This document shows, piece after piece, positions 25,921 through 39,800 of a stretch of 64,000 nucleotides of DNA. The first letter of the stretch is position 1, and every line of letters begins with the position of its first letter. A program made the position numbers and the translations under genes. Source of the stretch: Balanoglossus misakiensis (Eukaryota; Animalia; Hemichordata); contig CM082593.2 of assembly GCA_040954595.2 (NCBI GenBank), positions 7,538,043-7,602,042 on the forward strand. The letters run 5' to 3'. The notes beneath the pieces were generated by a model. The model made no database searches. It was not told the DNA's origin and worked only from the letters and a program-made list of their open reading frames with translations.

Positions 25921-28900
25921 ATATGCCACGTACACTCAATCTATCCTACTGGCCGCCGTCAAAAAATAACACATCCGATACATTAAAGTTCTTGAGAAAA
26001 ATGCGTACGTGGAATATTTGTTAAATTATCATAATTTTACGATTGGGTACACAATTAAGCATGTCACTTGGCTTAATTCAAAGCACGCGGCTTAAAATTT
26101 CGTAGAAAAAACAACAACTACATGTATATGACCGAAATTCACCCTCTATCCTATGTAACAGGTGGTTGCGGTTACGAGAGTGGCTGGGGACCATTTCCTT
26201 TACACATTTCTCCGAGTTTAGATGGCCAAAAAATCAACATTATAAACGAGGAAACTTGACTTCATCTAAATATCAAGTTAAGATTTGATTTTTGTTGTTT
26301 GAATTTGGCGGAATTTTACTGAATACATTTTCTATTGACAACATTGCCTACCGCGAGTAGACAACGGCATTTTGACATGCGCGGCTCAGTCTCCAAGTAT
26401 TCGGTACTATGACAATCTCGCCCGCTGCAATCTGACTTCGCCGTCGCGTGCAGTCATGCGCGTATGAATTATGTTTTACGTCACACACACAGGAACTCTC
26501 GGTTAAGATTGTTTGTGGAAAAAACATATAAATAATGAATTCAAGATAGTCAACATATCTGGGTCATCTAGACAAATTTTATTTGTATCCCTGCTGTCGG
26601 TTTTGTAATATTTATCGGTATTTAATCTTACCACCGACACTGTCCTCACCCATCTATTCAATTTCCAGACCTTTCTTGAATTATTTACGGGACACTGGTA
26701 CGGTGTAATTTTTTGCTTTGACTGCTCTGCGGCAACCTATTTTTCGTTTTCAGTGCAACCTATTTATTTCTTAACAACGTGCGTTTTCAATGCGAGACGG
26801 CTCTTCGTTCCAAATTGTCATCCAGTGACGAAGCGGTCAATATTGAATGCTGTGATCTCGCGTTTGTACAAGCCCACACGCATATGCACGTGTGCTCAAT
26901 CCAAGTTGGAGATTTATCCTAAAGAGATTATTTCAGTCGACAGAGAACGTCTCAAATTGGGTGATTTCTGCGCGGAGGTCTGACGTCTGCTTTCATATAG
27001 GAGATTCCACGAACTGTTTTCACTGAAAAACATACTAGTTAGGTGTTTCTTTCGTGGAAAAATTTCCCGCGGGGGAAATCGTTTCCTTTCAAAGCTCATG
27101 CCTTGAACACGAAGGCCCAACGTGCGTGTTGTCAGAATAGCCAATTCGTTTCAATGATGCATCAGGAATCTTCATTTTGCATCGCCCAATGTCACGTACT
27201 TGCCAGCCTTCGTATTCCCCACAAAAGGCAAGAAAAATCACATTGGCGGACATACATGTGTTTTCTGCGCACAAGCCGTCTTTAAAGAAATACCGATTGT
27301 GTTTGTTTGATTGAAAGTGGCTTAAAATGTTTACAAATATTCAAAAACCAGACCCAATAAAGTCATGAGACTTGGAAATAGATCTGTTTGTTATGAGTTC
27401 GACGGATTGTATAAACAGCAGACGTTTTCTGTTCGATACGGGCGTCAACACACTCATGGGCTGCCGTTCGTCACTGAATAGACGCGGGCAGCGGCGATCG
27501 ATGGCGTGTTTCTTTGGTTTGTTTGCCACGTTGTGTACGATATTCATCCCTAATATCGAGTCTCGCTTTTGAAATGTCAAACAGTACAGCGGAGCTGGCT
27601 CGTATAGAGTTGTGGGCCGCTGTATTGTCTGCAGTCCCCCCGTTTCTGATCAATAAAACACATTCCTGGTGCACTCGCCCGCTCTAGAATGCGCTAGCAG
27701 ATCGATATTGTTTACTGAATACAATGCGGGATTACGCCATAACTTCGCCGCTTTAATCCGGGCCTTCTCAATACACGGCCCGGCCAAATCCATACCGTGT
27801 ACCCAAACAGAGCTGACTTCACTCACAACAAACAGTCTGACTCGCTTTCTTCGATCTTTGCAGTCGGCACAGTCCCTTTCTGCGCCGGGAAATCTAAAAG
27901 AAAGCACCGTTATCTGCTAAGATGCCATCCGCTATCATGCACTTGGAGGCATTTTAAAAATGCACAAAAAGACGTCCAGGATACGCTCCCGGGTTGTGGG
28001 AATGATCACGTGGTGTTGCTCGACGTTTGTGAATAATTAAAGACGGTCTAAACACAAACATCAGTCAGCGATTTAGGCATTTTGAGGATTTGTATCCCTT
28101 ATCGGTGGTGACTCTTTAATTATTGATACAATGCGTATTTGTGTTCGAGTATACTAATCTATTTCAACTCATTACGGGACTATGGAACTTTTGTGTGCGC
28201 TTGTGCTCGCAGCTTACTGCCTCCCATATAAATAGTTAATTAGCCGAGAAACAATGTCCAAGTCACGTCCACAAGCTATATACGGCGAACGGGGTCCAGT
28301 CAGAGCTGAGCAGCGAAAGGCCAATTCAACGCGATGGACCACCGTGACACACAGCTTTTCTGTGGATAAACAAAATGTGCCAATTTTCTACATGCAAGGG
28401 AAAACACTTCAACATTCGGCGTCTTTCGTGACACGGAGATCATATTAAATTCTCCCGTTTCACAGCAAACGGTGCAAGTTGTACATTTAATGCATTTAAA
28501 ATTTATAGGTCCCTTTGGAAAGAAATTCAACTACAATCAGCCAAATATCGCAGGGTAAAAACACCACGGCGATTGTTCTGAGTTTAGTTTGAGTCGCACT
28601 CTGTAATCTACGTCACACACGCAGAGACTGCACGGAGAACTCTCGACCACATTTATTGGTAATCAAAGGAGTGTGGTTCGGTGAATCGATTTCTGTTGAA
28701 CGTTGAACATCTGTCAGAGTCAACCTGAAGTTCTATACCATGCAGTGTGCATATACGGTCAATATAAAAGAACTCGGTAGACAAGCTACCGGAAGGGTAA
28801 AAAAAATACTTCACGCCGTCGCATGCATTGCGGGCCCAGCATATTTTGCACGGTACCATTTTACGCCTACAGTGAAACTTGTTCGTTTCGAAGGAAAACA

Positions 28901-29599
28901 ACAAATATTGTTTCCGCAGAAAGATTCAAGCTCGGTATTTTGCTATCTCCGCTCAGAACTCTAACACCAGGAACTATACTCGGTCAAAACCTAACAACGC
29001 GAGATATGAGTAAGCGGGGTGCATGAATTGAAACCATCACATACAGTTCTGTACTACCGACATGACGTCACACCCGTTTCAAATTTGAGAAGCCTTGCCG
29101 TACGTCCACGAACATGTCTGAAAATCTCAAGGCAACTCTGCAAAATTCGTGTAGATCTGAGGATTTCTTGAACTGAAAACTGCCACCGTGACTGCGGCTC
29201 GGAAAGGGGGAATACGATTTATGCGCGGTGCGGTACCGCGCAGCAGGAAACTCCCAGCGGCCGTGTTTTCCCGTTACAGGTGTTACGTATAGGTAGTCAC
29301 GAAACGGCATTCCGATGTTTATACGGCGTTGCCGGCTCGCTTTGGCATCACGATGCGCCTAAGTGTGCTAATAAAACAAGCACATCCTATGATGAGCGGT
29401 GAATGTTACACGGACAGTGGGAGTCTGACTGTCTTTCAGTCGTGATATATGTCATCGATCGATGCTGTGAAAAATGTGTCCGCGAGCTATAGTGTATAAG
29501 GAAAGCGTCTTGTCTCTCGTGCACAATTTCACGTATGTCATGACTTGCCATATGGTTTCGCTCTAAACGTGTTTTATATACGTGGGTGTGAACGGTAGC

Positions 29600-29702
29600 C
29601 TCTGTGTGTGTCTGTCTCTATGTCCATCCGTCTGTCTCTCTCTCTTTCTGCCTCTCTCCCTTCTCTCTATCTCTTTCAGCTCTGTCTCTGTCTGTCTGTC
29701 TC

Positions 29703-29751
<49 letters not shown>

Positions 29752-29770
29752 CTGTCCCTGTCTGTCTCAA
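29600..29770. repeat. (CT)n/(CTGT)n compound simple repeat
   Basis: Direct read. Confidence 0.9.
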
Positions 29771-32700
29771 TATCACATAACAAGTGTTTCTCTATTTTGT
29801 ACACAAATACACCAAACTACAGGGAGATTTTTACAGTGTGATTGTCGTTGTTTGTAGTTTGGCTATGCGTTATACGTTTGAACATTCAACCTGCTCTGCC
29901 ATACACGCGCATTTTATTCGCTAAACAAGGATTGCCTGTCGCAGAAAAAAAAAACTTTTGTCACAAACCAATTCGATTTTTAAAAAGAAAATTCTGGACA
30001 TAAAAGAACGACATGTATTCACATTAAGGCGAAATTTTGGTATAACTGTTTGGAATACTATATTGGGCGCTGATGTCTAAATTAGTCGTTCACGATTATT
30101 GTTGCGGCAGGACCCCCGAGTTTCTATCTATTTTACTTCGTCACAAACGAGAACAACGCGGAATGTAGCGCGAACGGTACGACCATTGAATCCACACGGC
30201 AGCGGTCCCACTTAGTCCGGGGTAAATTGAGCTCTAATGATGTATAATTTCCAACCTGAATTTCTTGCTCGTTCGAGATCGTGATTATTAAAACCACTGG
30301 GTGTATAAATTCGCTTTGGGTTATCTCTAAACGAGAGGTTTGTATCACAATCTCAAGTTTTATGAATAATAATACGATATGTCCTGATAAAAGCGCGTTT
30401 TTAGTGCACTCCGTTGCTGACGCATATACCCCACCTTTCCGAGTTTATTCTACCGAATCATGAAGTATCGAGCAAGTTGAAAATGGGGGATCAAATTTTC
30501 CGTAATTTTTTAGCAGTATCGGTATGCACCATCTCGAGCAAATATTAATACATTTTTTATTATTGTCAACAGATTTTAAATAAAAATTTGGCCATCTTTG
30601 TAGGTGCATTATAACGTAACTAACGGGCATATTTTCAAAGTATGCCCCTAAATATTTATTTCTTTTCCATTCAATGCGTCGCGGATTTAAAACCTTAAGT
30701 ACAGTATTCAGACCATGCGCTACCTTGATAAGAATTTTATTAGTTGTGAAAAAGGCAAAAAAGTACTAAATAAAGGTATTAAAACTGAACAGCCCTTATA
30801 TAGTGTGAATAGAGTCCGGGCGTTTAGTTCAACTCAAAGCAGTAACACTTATTGGTGATCTGTTCGCTGGCTACTTCGGATAAGCCAAATTTCCCGCGTT
30901 TTGTTAACAGATTGAAGGAGTAGAACAAGAACCCAACAAAACGATAAAATAAACAAACTGCTCGCTATATCCGTTCCAACCGCCACGGAAAAAAACTTGT
31001 GTTAAAAGAGAACGAAGCGAGATACTAGCAAAATCCTCTGCCGCTGGCTGCAGCGAAAGGCATGAAAAAATAAAGCGTGAAAATTCCTTTCAAAAAGATT
31101 ATGTTTAAAAAATCATCGATAAAGGTACAATTCTCCGGGCAAAACGAAATGACGGCAGTACTAGAATAAGATTGAAGTTTGACAATGCAATGAATATTTT
31201 AAATTATTTTTATGCATAATTCATTTCCCGCCGATTTGGTCTCATCTGCACTTTAAGCCGTTTCAGACAGGCCGTTTCAACAAAATCGTCACCACGGGAT
31301 ATATTTTAGTAATCTGATACAATATATCTGCATTCAGTAAAATCTGCATTCAGTAAAACTCTTTCCACGACAGTTTTTTAATAACTTTTTTTCACGTGCA
31401 CTGTTCCAGGTGACCTGAAGCATTTCATAATTTTGTGCGCGGGTTGGGATCACGTGACCACATCCAATCATACAATTCTGTATTTTGATTGGGTGGTTGC
31501 GAAATGTTAAGACGCGACGATATTAGTACAATGTACATTGAGTATAATTTGTTTCCAATCTGTAAGACATCGACCAATCGAGGTGCGATATGTGAGGTCT
31601 GAATCAAGTTCTGTCTCTGTTAACAAACATTATCATTTGTTCTCATTAGATAGAGATACTTGGGGTTCATTCTATATCGTTCGTCCAAACAAACATCTCT
31701 GGATACGGTGCGGCAGATATACTAGTATATGCTCCTGGTACCCTTCAGTACAGAATTTTAATAATTGAAGCAGTATTTATCTGGCAATGTTTTATTAATA
31801 ACAGCGAGGGAGTTCTGTAAATTGATATCATTGTAATATAAAACTGAAGCATTATGCTCTCCTGTCTAATAATAAATTTATTCGCATTCCCTTTCTGAAA
31901 AGAAATACATACATTATTGCTGCGATACCGGGAATCCGGGTGGGACGTAGACTAAACCCACGTGATGTCAAATTGTCGGCGAGATGATGCCCGTGCTATT
32001 GTTTTATGTCGAAAAGTGACGAACTGTTGGAAAAAATCAAGCCAATGCCACTTGTTGATCAGCGTGGTTGGACAGGTTGGTCTGGTTTTTAGGGATTGTA
32101 AATCGACAAGTTCGGGGTGGGGTGTTAAAGGGAGGTGAAATATGTGATCGTTAATTGGGATATAGGGGAGGGGGGATGTGGGTGTGATGTCACCGTTTGG
32201 GTGCGAGAATTTGTTTGGGTGTCCATGCACGCACGCGTTGTGAGGCTTACTTTGATGAATCGGGACTTGGAAGTTATGGTGCCGATGGGGCGGTCGTGAA
32301 TGCGGTTGAGTTGGGGCAGAGAGGTGCGATTTTCACCGCGCAATTTGAAATGAATGTCAGTAATGCCCAGAGCTTTATGACACGAGGAGAAACCACCTTC
32401 TCGAAAGTCTCTGTATATATAGGTCCAGTTGTTCTCAAAGAATGGGGGCGTCTCTTGAACTTTTGCGGGACTAAACATGAACACGCATTATCTCTAAGAG
32501 TGCCACCGAAAGGCACGAGACGCGCAGACCACTGAGACTAGGAGGGAGGGGGATACCTGAAGCGCGATTCACGCGCGCACGCAGCCACGCGCACACGCAC
32601 GCACAAATTAGTAGGCTGGGACAGAAACGAAATGGTTCTCAAATCGACATAAACACAATTAAATAATTACTTATGTAGTGTCTGCAACGATATTGAAATT

Positions 32701-34137
32701 CTACTTAGCGCAAGCAGGATCTCGGCGTCACGCAAATGCACGTCACAGGAGAAAGCTGCAAAATTTCTACAGTTGTACTACACATATTGTGGACTGCAGT
32801 TTGCAATTATCAGTTATACAAATGAAGTATCTGAGTGATAAGTGTGTCGCTGGCCGCACGAATCATCTTTCAAATTTTGTGTCCGTGTAATTGCGCATTA
32901 TACGTGGACCACATGAGATCAGGTATCTCTCCGTGAGAATTAAGCCGGCCAAGCGTCGCTCTCAAGACAAATTGCCGCGAATGAATCATGTTATCAGATA
33001 TTAGAGGAGAATAAATAGGAAAAGAAATGAATGCTTACCTTTGCCTTGATAACGGTACGCTGCTACCACCTCGATCTTTTCACAGATGGATGTTATCAGA
33101 AGTACGGTCTTTACTTGAAGTGTATACGCTTATCGAACGCCCGTCGTTCGTATTCAGGAACACACACACCATCGACCGCTCTAACTCTCTTTCCCGTGGA
33201 AGCCGGCGCATACATCGAGCGGGGGGAAGTGGCGGACACGACCATTCTCCGGGGAGGGAGCGAGCACCGCAACGCCCGTATGAGGCGAAGTTTCGATCTG
33301 CTCTCTTCGGCGCATCGAGCACCACTTCGTAACACCCTCGAACAAAGCCGGTCCGTCCCTCAGCTCCAAAATTTCACAATCGCATTTCAGGTTAGGATTA
33401 CCCGATCGGTTCAGCCTGCATTCCGCGACGCCGGCGCTACCCCGGAATTATAATGGTATCAACCCGTCTACAAGCGTGTGAAAGCGGCCGCTGTTTCGGA
33501 TCAAAGCAGGTTTTTAATGGGTTTTTAAGTGTTTCTTGTTTACCTTATGGATATTGAAACAAACCTAAATAAACGAAAGCTGAGTATAGTTTTAAAGGAA
33601 CTTCATTTGAGAAATTCGGATATTTTTTGATATCGACAGACGGGCGGAAATCATGGTAGTGGTTAGCGAAACTATTCATCGCTCATCGACGACAACTGGA
33701 CGGTTTATTTGAGTTTTTACCCTTGATTTGTTAGTTTCTTTGCCTTTTCTCTTTTTGACTGTGGGAAATTGATCCGAGATGAATGAAAGTGTTTGTCCGC
33801 GGGATATATGGTGATTATAATTGCTCTGCAATTTGGGTGAGTGGAGATGTGTTGGCCCAGTATCGTTTTGAAATTGCTCAACGCGATCAAATACATGTAG
33901 TATGTAAAACCCATGACTTCTCGCTGTGTACACACAATGGAAGAGTTTTGAAAACGCGTTTGGTAAGTCAGTAAGTCGCAGTCTCGATTTTCGTCTAGGA
34001 CATTTTTTTCTCACGGTTTCGTTATTTCAGTCAACACACGTCCATGATTGCCGGCGTCAGCCGACCTCGATACACGACGACTTTTCTTTTGTTGTTACCA
34101 TTGCGAGTTCTGCGTGTGATGTTCGGCTCTACTGACT

Positions 34138-34447
<310 letters not shown>

Positions 34448-36514
34448 CTCTCAGATACAGAATAAATTATTGAGTCTTAAATGTAAAAGAAACGAGGGAA
34501 ATTGGAGCAACTTAAAATTTATTATTCACTCAGATGCATTTTGTCATTATAGTTTTGGACAGAATGGAAAGTGCAGAATGAACAGCGTATTATCTTTTTG
34601 TCAAATAAACACGCAGATTTTTAGGCGTGTCGGCATTTGTGAATTTCAAACATTTTCAAAGAAAGCATTATTCAACCTACGCTCGATTCTACGTATACAT
34701 TTTCTAGGCCATGTTTCGCTGGCGGCGTGGCGTGCACAGCATAAGAATCTATGCTCGAAATACCTACAGACAAATGACGATATTTTACACCGCCTCGCAC
34801 AGAACGTGAAACGGAGAGCACGGATCATTCTTTACGTGGCGTGCCGAACGAGAGGGATTTTCGCTCCTGTTTGTCGCGGGAGAATTAGGAGTATGCCGGG
34901 GCTACACACACACGCGCGCCGAAAACCACATATGTACAGTTCTTCCCGCTGCGAGGCACCAAAAGTGAATGCACATTTCGTTAATCAGTTATACACCGGG
35001 TGTATTCAAAAGCGCTCATCGCTACAACAAGCTGCGAGTGTGCTTTGCTGGCGTTTTGCTAAATGTTTCTCAGCGACTACGTGACAAATCCGTCAAAATG
35101 GAGTTTCTGGATTCCGCCCAGCCATGTCGGCACACTGAAGTACCGCGTGAAGGGGGCTTCCGGTCATCAACGCGCCAATTACACCCTCATATTGATGTAA
35201 CACGCGCAGGCAGCGGAGAACGAAATTCACTTGTAAAGGGAAAAAAAACCGCTTTCGCAGCTTTGATTTCAACTACCTAGATAAGTCGAAAACGTGTTGT
35301 TTTGCTCATCAAAGAAAATAAAGAGGAGCACAGAAACCGCAGCTATTCAAGTCATGAAATTCACAACTGGTGAGAGACTCACGAGTTCGCCCTTCAAGAA
35401 ATTTCCCCGGGAACTGAAAGGAACACGCGCGCTTCGATTTTTCACACCACTTGAAACTGACAAATGACGTCATCGATGTGCGCGTCGCGGAGAAGCGGTA
35501 CTGATAACAAAAGACGGCGCACATAACTGTCTTTCGACCGTGACGATCGCCAGAAAAATCTGCGGGCTCTGCCGTAACACGGAGCAGCTCGCCGTAAAAT
35601 GCGTGCATCTTTGTCAGATATTCAATCATATGCGCACCAAGCATGTTGAAGAGAGATGATCTGCCGCCCTGATGTGTGTGAAGTTAGGGTCAACCAGAGG
35701 GATCTCACGAAACATCAAGCATACAAATGTAATTGTATAGCCAGGAATAAAATGTACTAAGTCACGCAATTTTCACAGACAATTAAGTTTTCTCACTTTT
35801 GAAGATTTTTTTTTGCTATTTCTCTCTTTTTATGATGATTTCTGCTTTACCAAAGTCCCTTTATGCGACTGAGAGGGACTATGGATTTACCTTCCACAGA
35901 TTACATAATTCTTCAATACTCGATATGATATATGAACACCGAGTAATACCATAAGGTTGTAATCTGGGAGACTGGGGCGAGACATGGTGAATTATATAGG
36001 ACAGGATCCAATGATTCCCATTAACGAACTGATAAATAGGACTTGGACTCCCATCCGTCAGACCAAGATACATGTACTAAACCATGATACATGTACTAAA
36101 CCAGTTGTTTTTGCCGTGGTTTCTTTCAAGCACGTTATCTGCATACAAGTTCATCTTTATTACTTACTTAATTATAGCTTTCTTTCGGTCTTTCGACAAG
36201 TCCGTTCAATGAGTATAGATTGGAGAAATCAAATAGGCCAAAACAGAAAAATTCATCCAATGTTCATTGTTTGGACCTGCAGTGGCACAAAGCGCCCTCA
36301 ACTGCAACAAAGGTGCACACTGCATTTGCACACTGTGGCTCGGTTGACGGGTTGATAGAGTCTATCAGATTCAGTTTACTTTTTTAGAGAGGCCTTGGAT
36401 TTGAAGAATGTTTTAGTCAACCTTCAAACTCCAAAATGATAGCTTTCACAAGTACACTCGAATAGCTTTTTGAAAACACATATGTTCATCATGATGATTA
36501 AATCCCAAGTTGGC

Positions 36515-36722
<208 letters not shown>

Positions 36723-36801
36723 CTTTTAAAACAATTAATCAAGCCGTCCGGCATCCGCCCCAGGGAGTTTTTACCCAGAATTCCTTGCACAGACAAAAAA
36801 A

Positions 36802-39800
36802 ATGGCGGCGGAAGAAATGAAGAAAACAGTTGTATGGCCTGATCGGTCAGGCTTGCCAACCGACGCCCTCCGGCCAAAGTGAGTGTAACGTCTATCAATA
36901 ATTACTCGTTAATGATATTGGAATACGCTTTCGTCCAGTTTGGTCGTTGTTATGTGTCACAGTAGTTTGTTTGGCTCCGTCTGGATAACGCGGGAATTAC
37001 AAAAACAAAACTGAACCAAAACAAGATGTGATCATGGACGTCCTACCCAGCTGCAATGATTGTAGCGGGTGCCCCTCGGTTGATGATGTTGCCCGCAACA
37101 CAGTCATCAACCGTGCTCTACTAATCTAGACAAGATGTGACCTGATCCATGGAAGTCTTGATAATGCATTCATGACACAACCACAACAATTACTGGCCGT
37201 GACTTGGTGAACAGGCCAAGCAACATTTTTCTTCCTTCAGTCTTACTGTTATTTTCAAAACTATTTTTTTTAATTTTCCCACAGCAAGCGACAAGTAACA
37301 ATGAGGCCATTTACATTTTTACGAGACTGGGATTCTAAGAGTTCTGCCAGCCCTCAAGAAACGCAAGCAGCTGAGGTACATGTAAGACAGAACTTGGCCG
37401 ATGCCAGCACTGTTGAACGAGAGGACCCTTCACGTCAAAGTCCAACACCCATGGAAGTCTCGAGTCCGGAAGGTCAGGGGTCAATGCCAGAAGAAGCAAG
37501 CCCTGAAGGTCAAGGGTCAATGCCGGAAGAAGCAAGCCCTGAAGATCAAGGGTCATTGCCAGAAGAAGCAAGCCCTTTGGTGCAGAAACCAACACCTGTA
37601 GCAGACATAAGCCCCATTGAAGGGTCTACCTCAGTGGCCGAGGCAAGCCCCGCAGGTCAAATCTCAACTCCAGGTCAACAAGGAGATATGGCTGACGAAT
37701 CACAGAATTCTTTCAGTGTTCAACAAAGTGGGGGAAGGATTTCTGTAGATAGTAGAAACCAGCTGTCAGCAGAGTCGTCGGATGAAAACAAACAAGGAGA
37801 GACAACAGATGTAACACCAAGTGTGCAACAGAATCGCAGTCGTCACTCAAGTGCATCTACAAACAAAAGTAAGTGAGCTTTAAATGGCTCGGACTGGTAA
37901 CCTACATGTACTGTGATAATGTTCTTCTGCAGACCAGAATTTAGTCCAGGTTGCCTGTTTCTTGCCACCGGTCAAATTTAAGCTTGTCTGGACTAGCCAC
38001 AGACCCAACAGCCTACAAACACTGTAACAGCTCACTATCACCCAGAGAGACTAGCCATAAGCTCTGCATTGTGAATGCAATGTACCAATGTACATTTTGT
38101 GACCCAAGGGTGGTCAGGGCTGTGTTTGAGTTGACTTTCTTTGTGATAGTTTTCATCTCTTAAAATGTACTTGTGTAATTAAATTTTTAGGTTCTGCCGA
38201 TCATACACGTACACAAAGGTTCAAGACTTCAGTGACCACGCAAAAAGGGCAGTCGCGCCCATCCACGTCAAAAACCAAGACACCAGGAACAAGAAAAACG
38301 CCGGCTGTAGCGCCTTCAACCCACGCTCCAGTTTCCAGACCGTCTCATATTCTGAAGAGCAGGCCAGTAGCCAGGGTTAAAAGACGCAGGGATCCAGAAT
38401 CGCCCAGGCAAGGAAATGAAACAAAGCCAACAGAAATTGGTCAGTCTTTATTTAATCAGTTTGCTGCTTTCAGCATTCTTGTCATGTTAAAGGGCAACGA
38501 TCGTCGTATGCGCAAGTGCCAAACCAGAGACTCTGGTTACAGTCAATTACATAATGCAGTGTGCTGTCCTAACAACATACAAGATGGAGACAACCATAAG
38601 TCTGTGTTTGAAATCAGGAAAAAACAGCAAATTTCGTAAAAAAGGGACAAAACTAGACTCTACTTACACGGTGCGCATGAAATATGGAAGGAAGTGAAGG
38701 CAGTCCACTATTTGAAGGCGTCTAATGCAAAATTTGTAGAACATTTGGATGCACATGCACATAAGAAGATCTTCGGCCTTTAAGGAATTAAAAAAAGTTC
38801 CAAGTTGTGTTTTTGCTCAAAATTTATGTCCTTGTGACCAACTTATACACTGCCATAAAAATGACAGTGGAAATTGAGGTTTCTTGTATTTCTCATACAT
38901 TATTGAAGGCAAAATCACCGTAGCACCACATTGACATTCTTTATTCATGTTTTTTGGCAAAAACAAAAATCACCCCTTAGGCCGTGTTAGAATGTGAAAT
39001 TCTGTATTGTTATACCCCTTAGGTCACGTTAAAATATTAAATTCTGTATTGTTGTACCCCTTAGGCCATGTTAGAATATTAAATTCTGTATTGTTGTACC
39101 CCTTAGGCCATGTTAGAATGTGGATAGGTGGTGGACGTCACCGTACTATGGCTGACTTGACAGATTTGGATGTCATCCTGAACATGGTGGAAGACGAGAC
39201 TCTAGACTATAGGTGCGTGGTTTGTGTGTGTGTCGTGTTTTTTGCAAACACCGACAGATTTCAAGGTTGGGTATCCAGATCATCAATTATTCAACTGGCG
39301 TTTGGTTACAATTGCAGATTTGCTTGGATTTTCTGTGATCTAGGTCGTATATTGTTGAGGCGTGAGGCAAGTGTTAGAAACGGCAAACCCACATTGTTTT
39401 TACCCAAGATCTAGAACACAGGAAAAGTGATTCAGGAGGTCTTATACATCTTAATACAATTTAACTGATATTCAGTAGGAAACCTGAATGTATATAATAT
39501 AGTTTGGAATTGTATATAATATAGTTTGGAATTTCGCTTTTGAAGCCTTATGGTCTCTGTATATTTGTTGCAGGGAGACGGTGGACTCCAGTGCCTGTAG
39601 ACGTGGAATCAATGAGTTCTTCATACAGTTCAAGAAGACCATGACAGATTTTGTAAGTGATGAAACATTCGCTGAATTAATTCTTATGTGGTATAAAGAA
39701 CACTTATATAATTATGGTATGTACGCCTTAGTCCTAAACACAGCTCTGAGGAGAAAGTCTGGATGAGGTCAGAGGTCACCAAGGGGTCATGGTGTAAGTT

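Noticed and set aside
32274-32516. PRVIKLW motif resembling the C-terminus of a LINE reverse transcriptase
   Set aside because: It is a single short resemblance with no upstream RT motifs or 3' tail.
38972-39120. CRISPR-like array
   Set aside because: It is a head-to-tail tandem repeat without unique spacers, in a eukaryotic intron.
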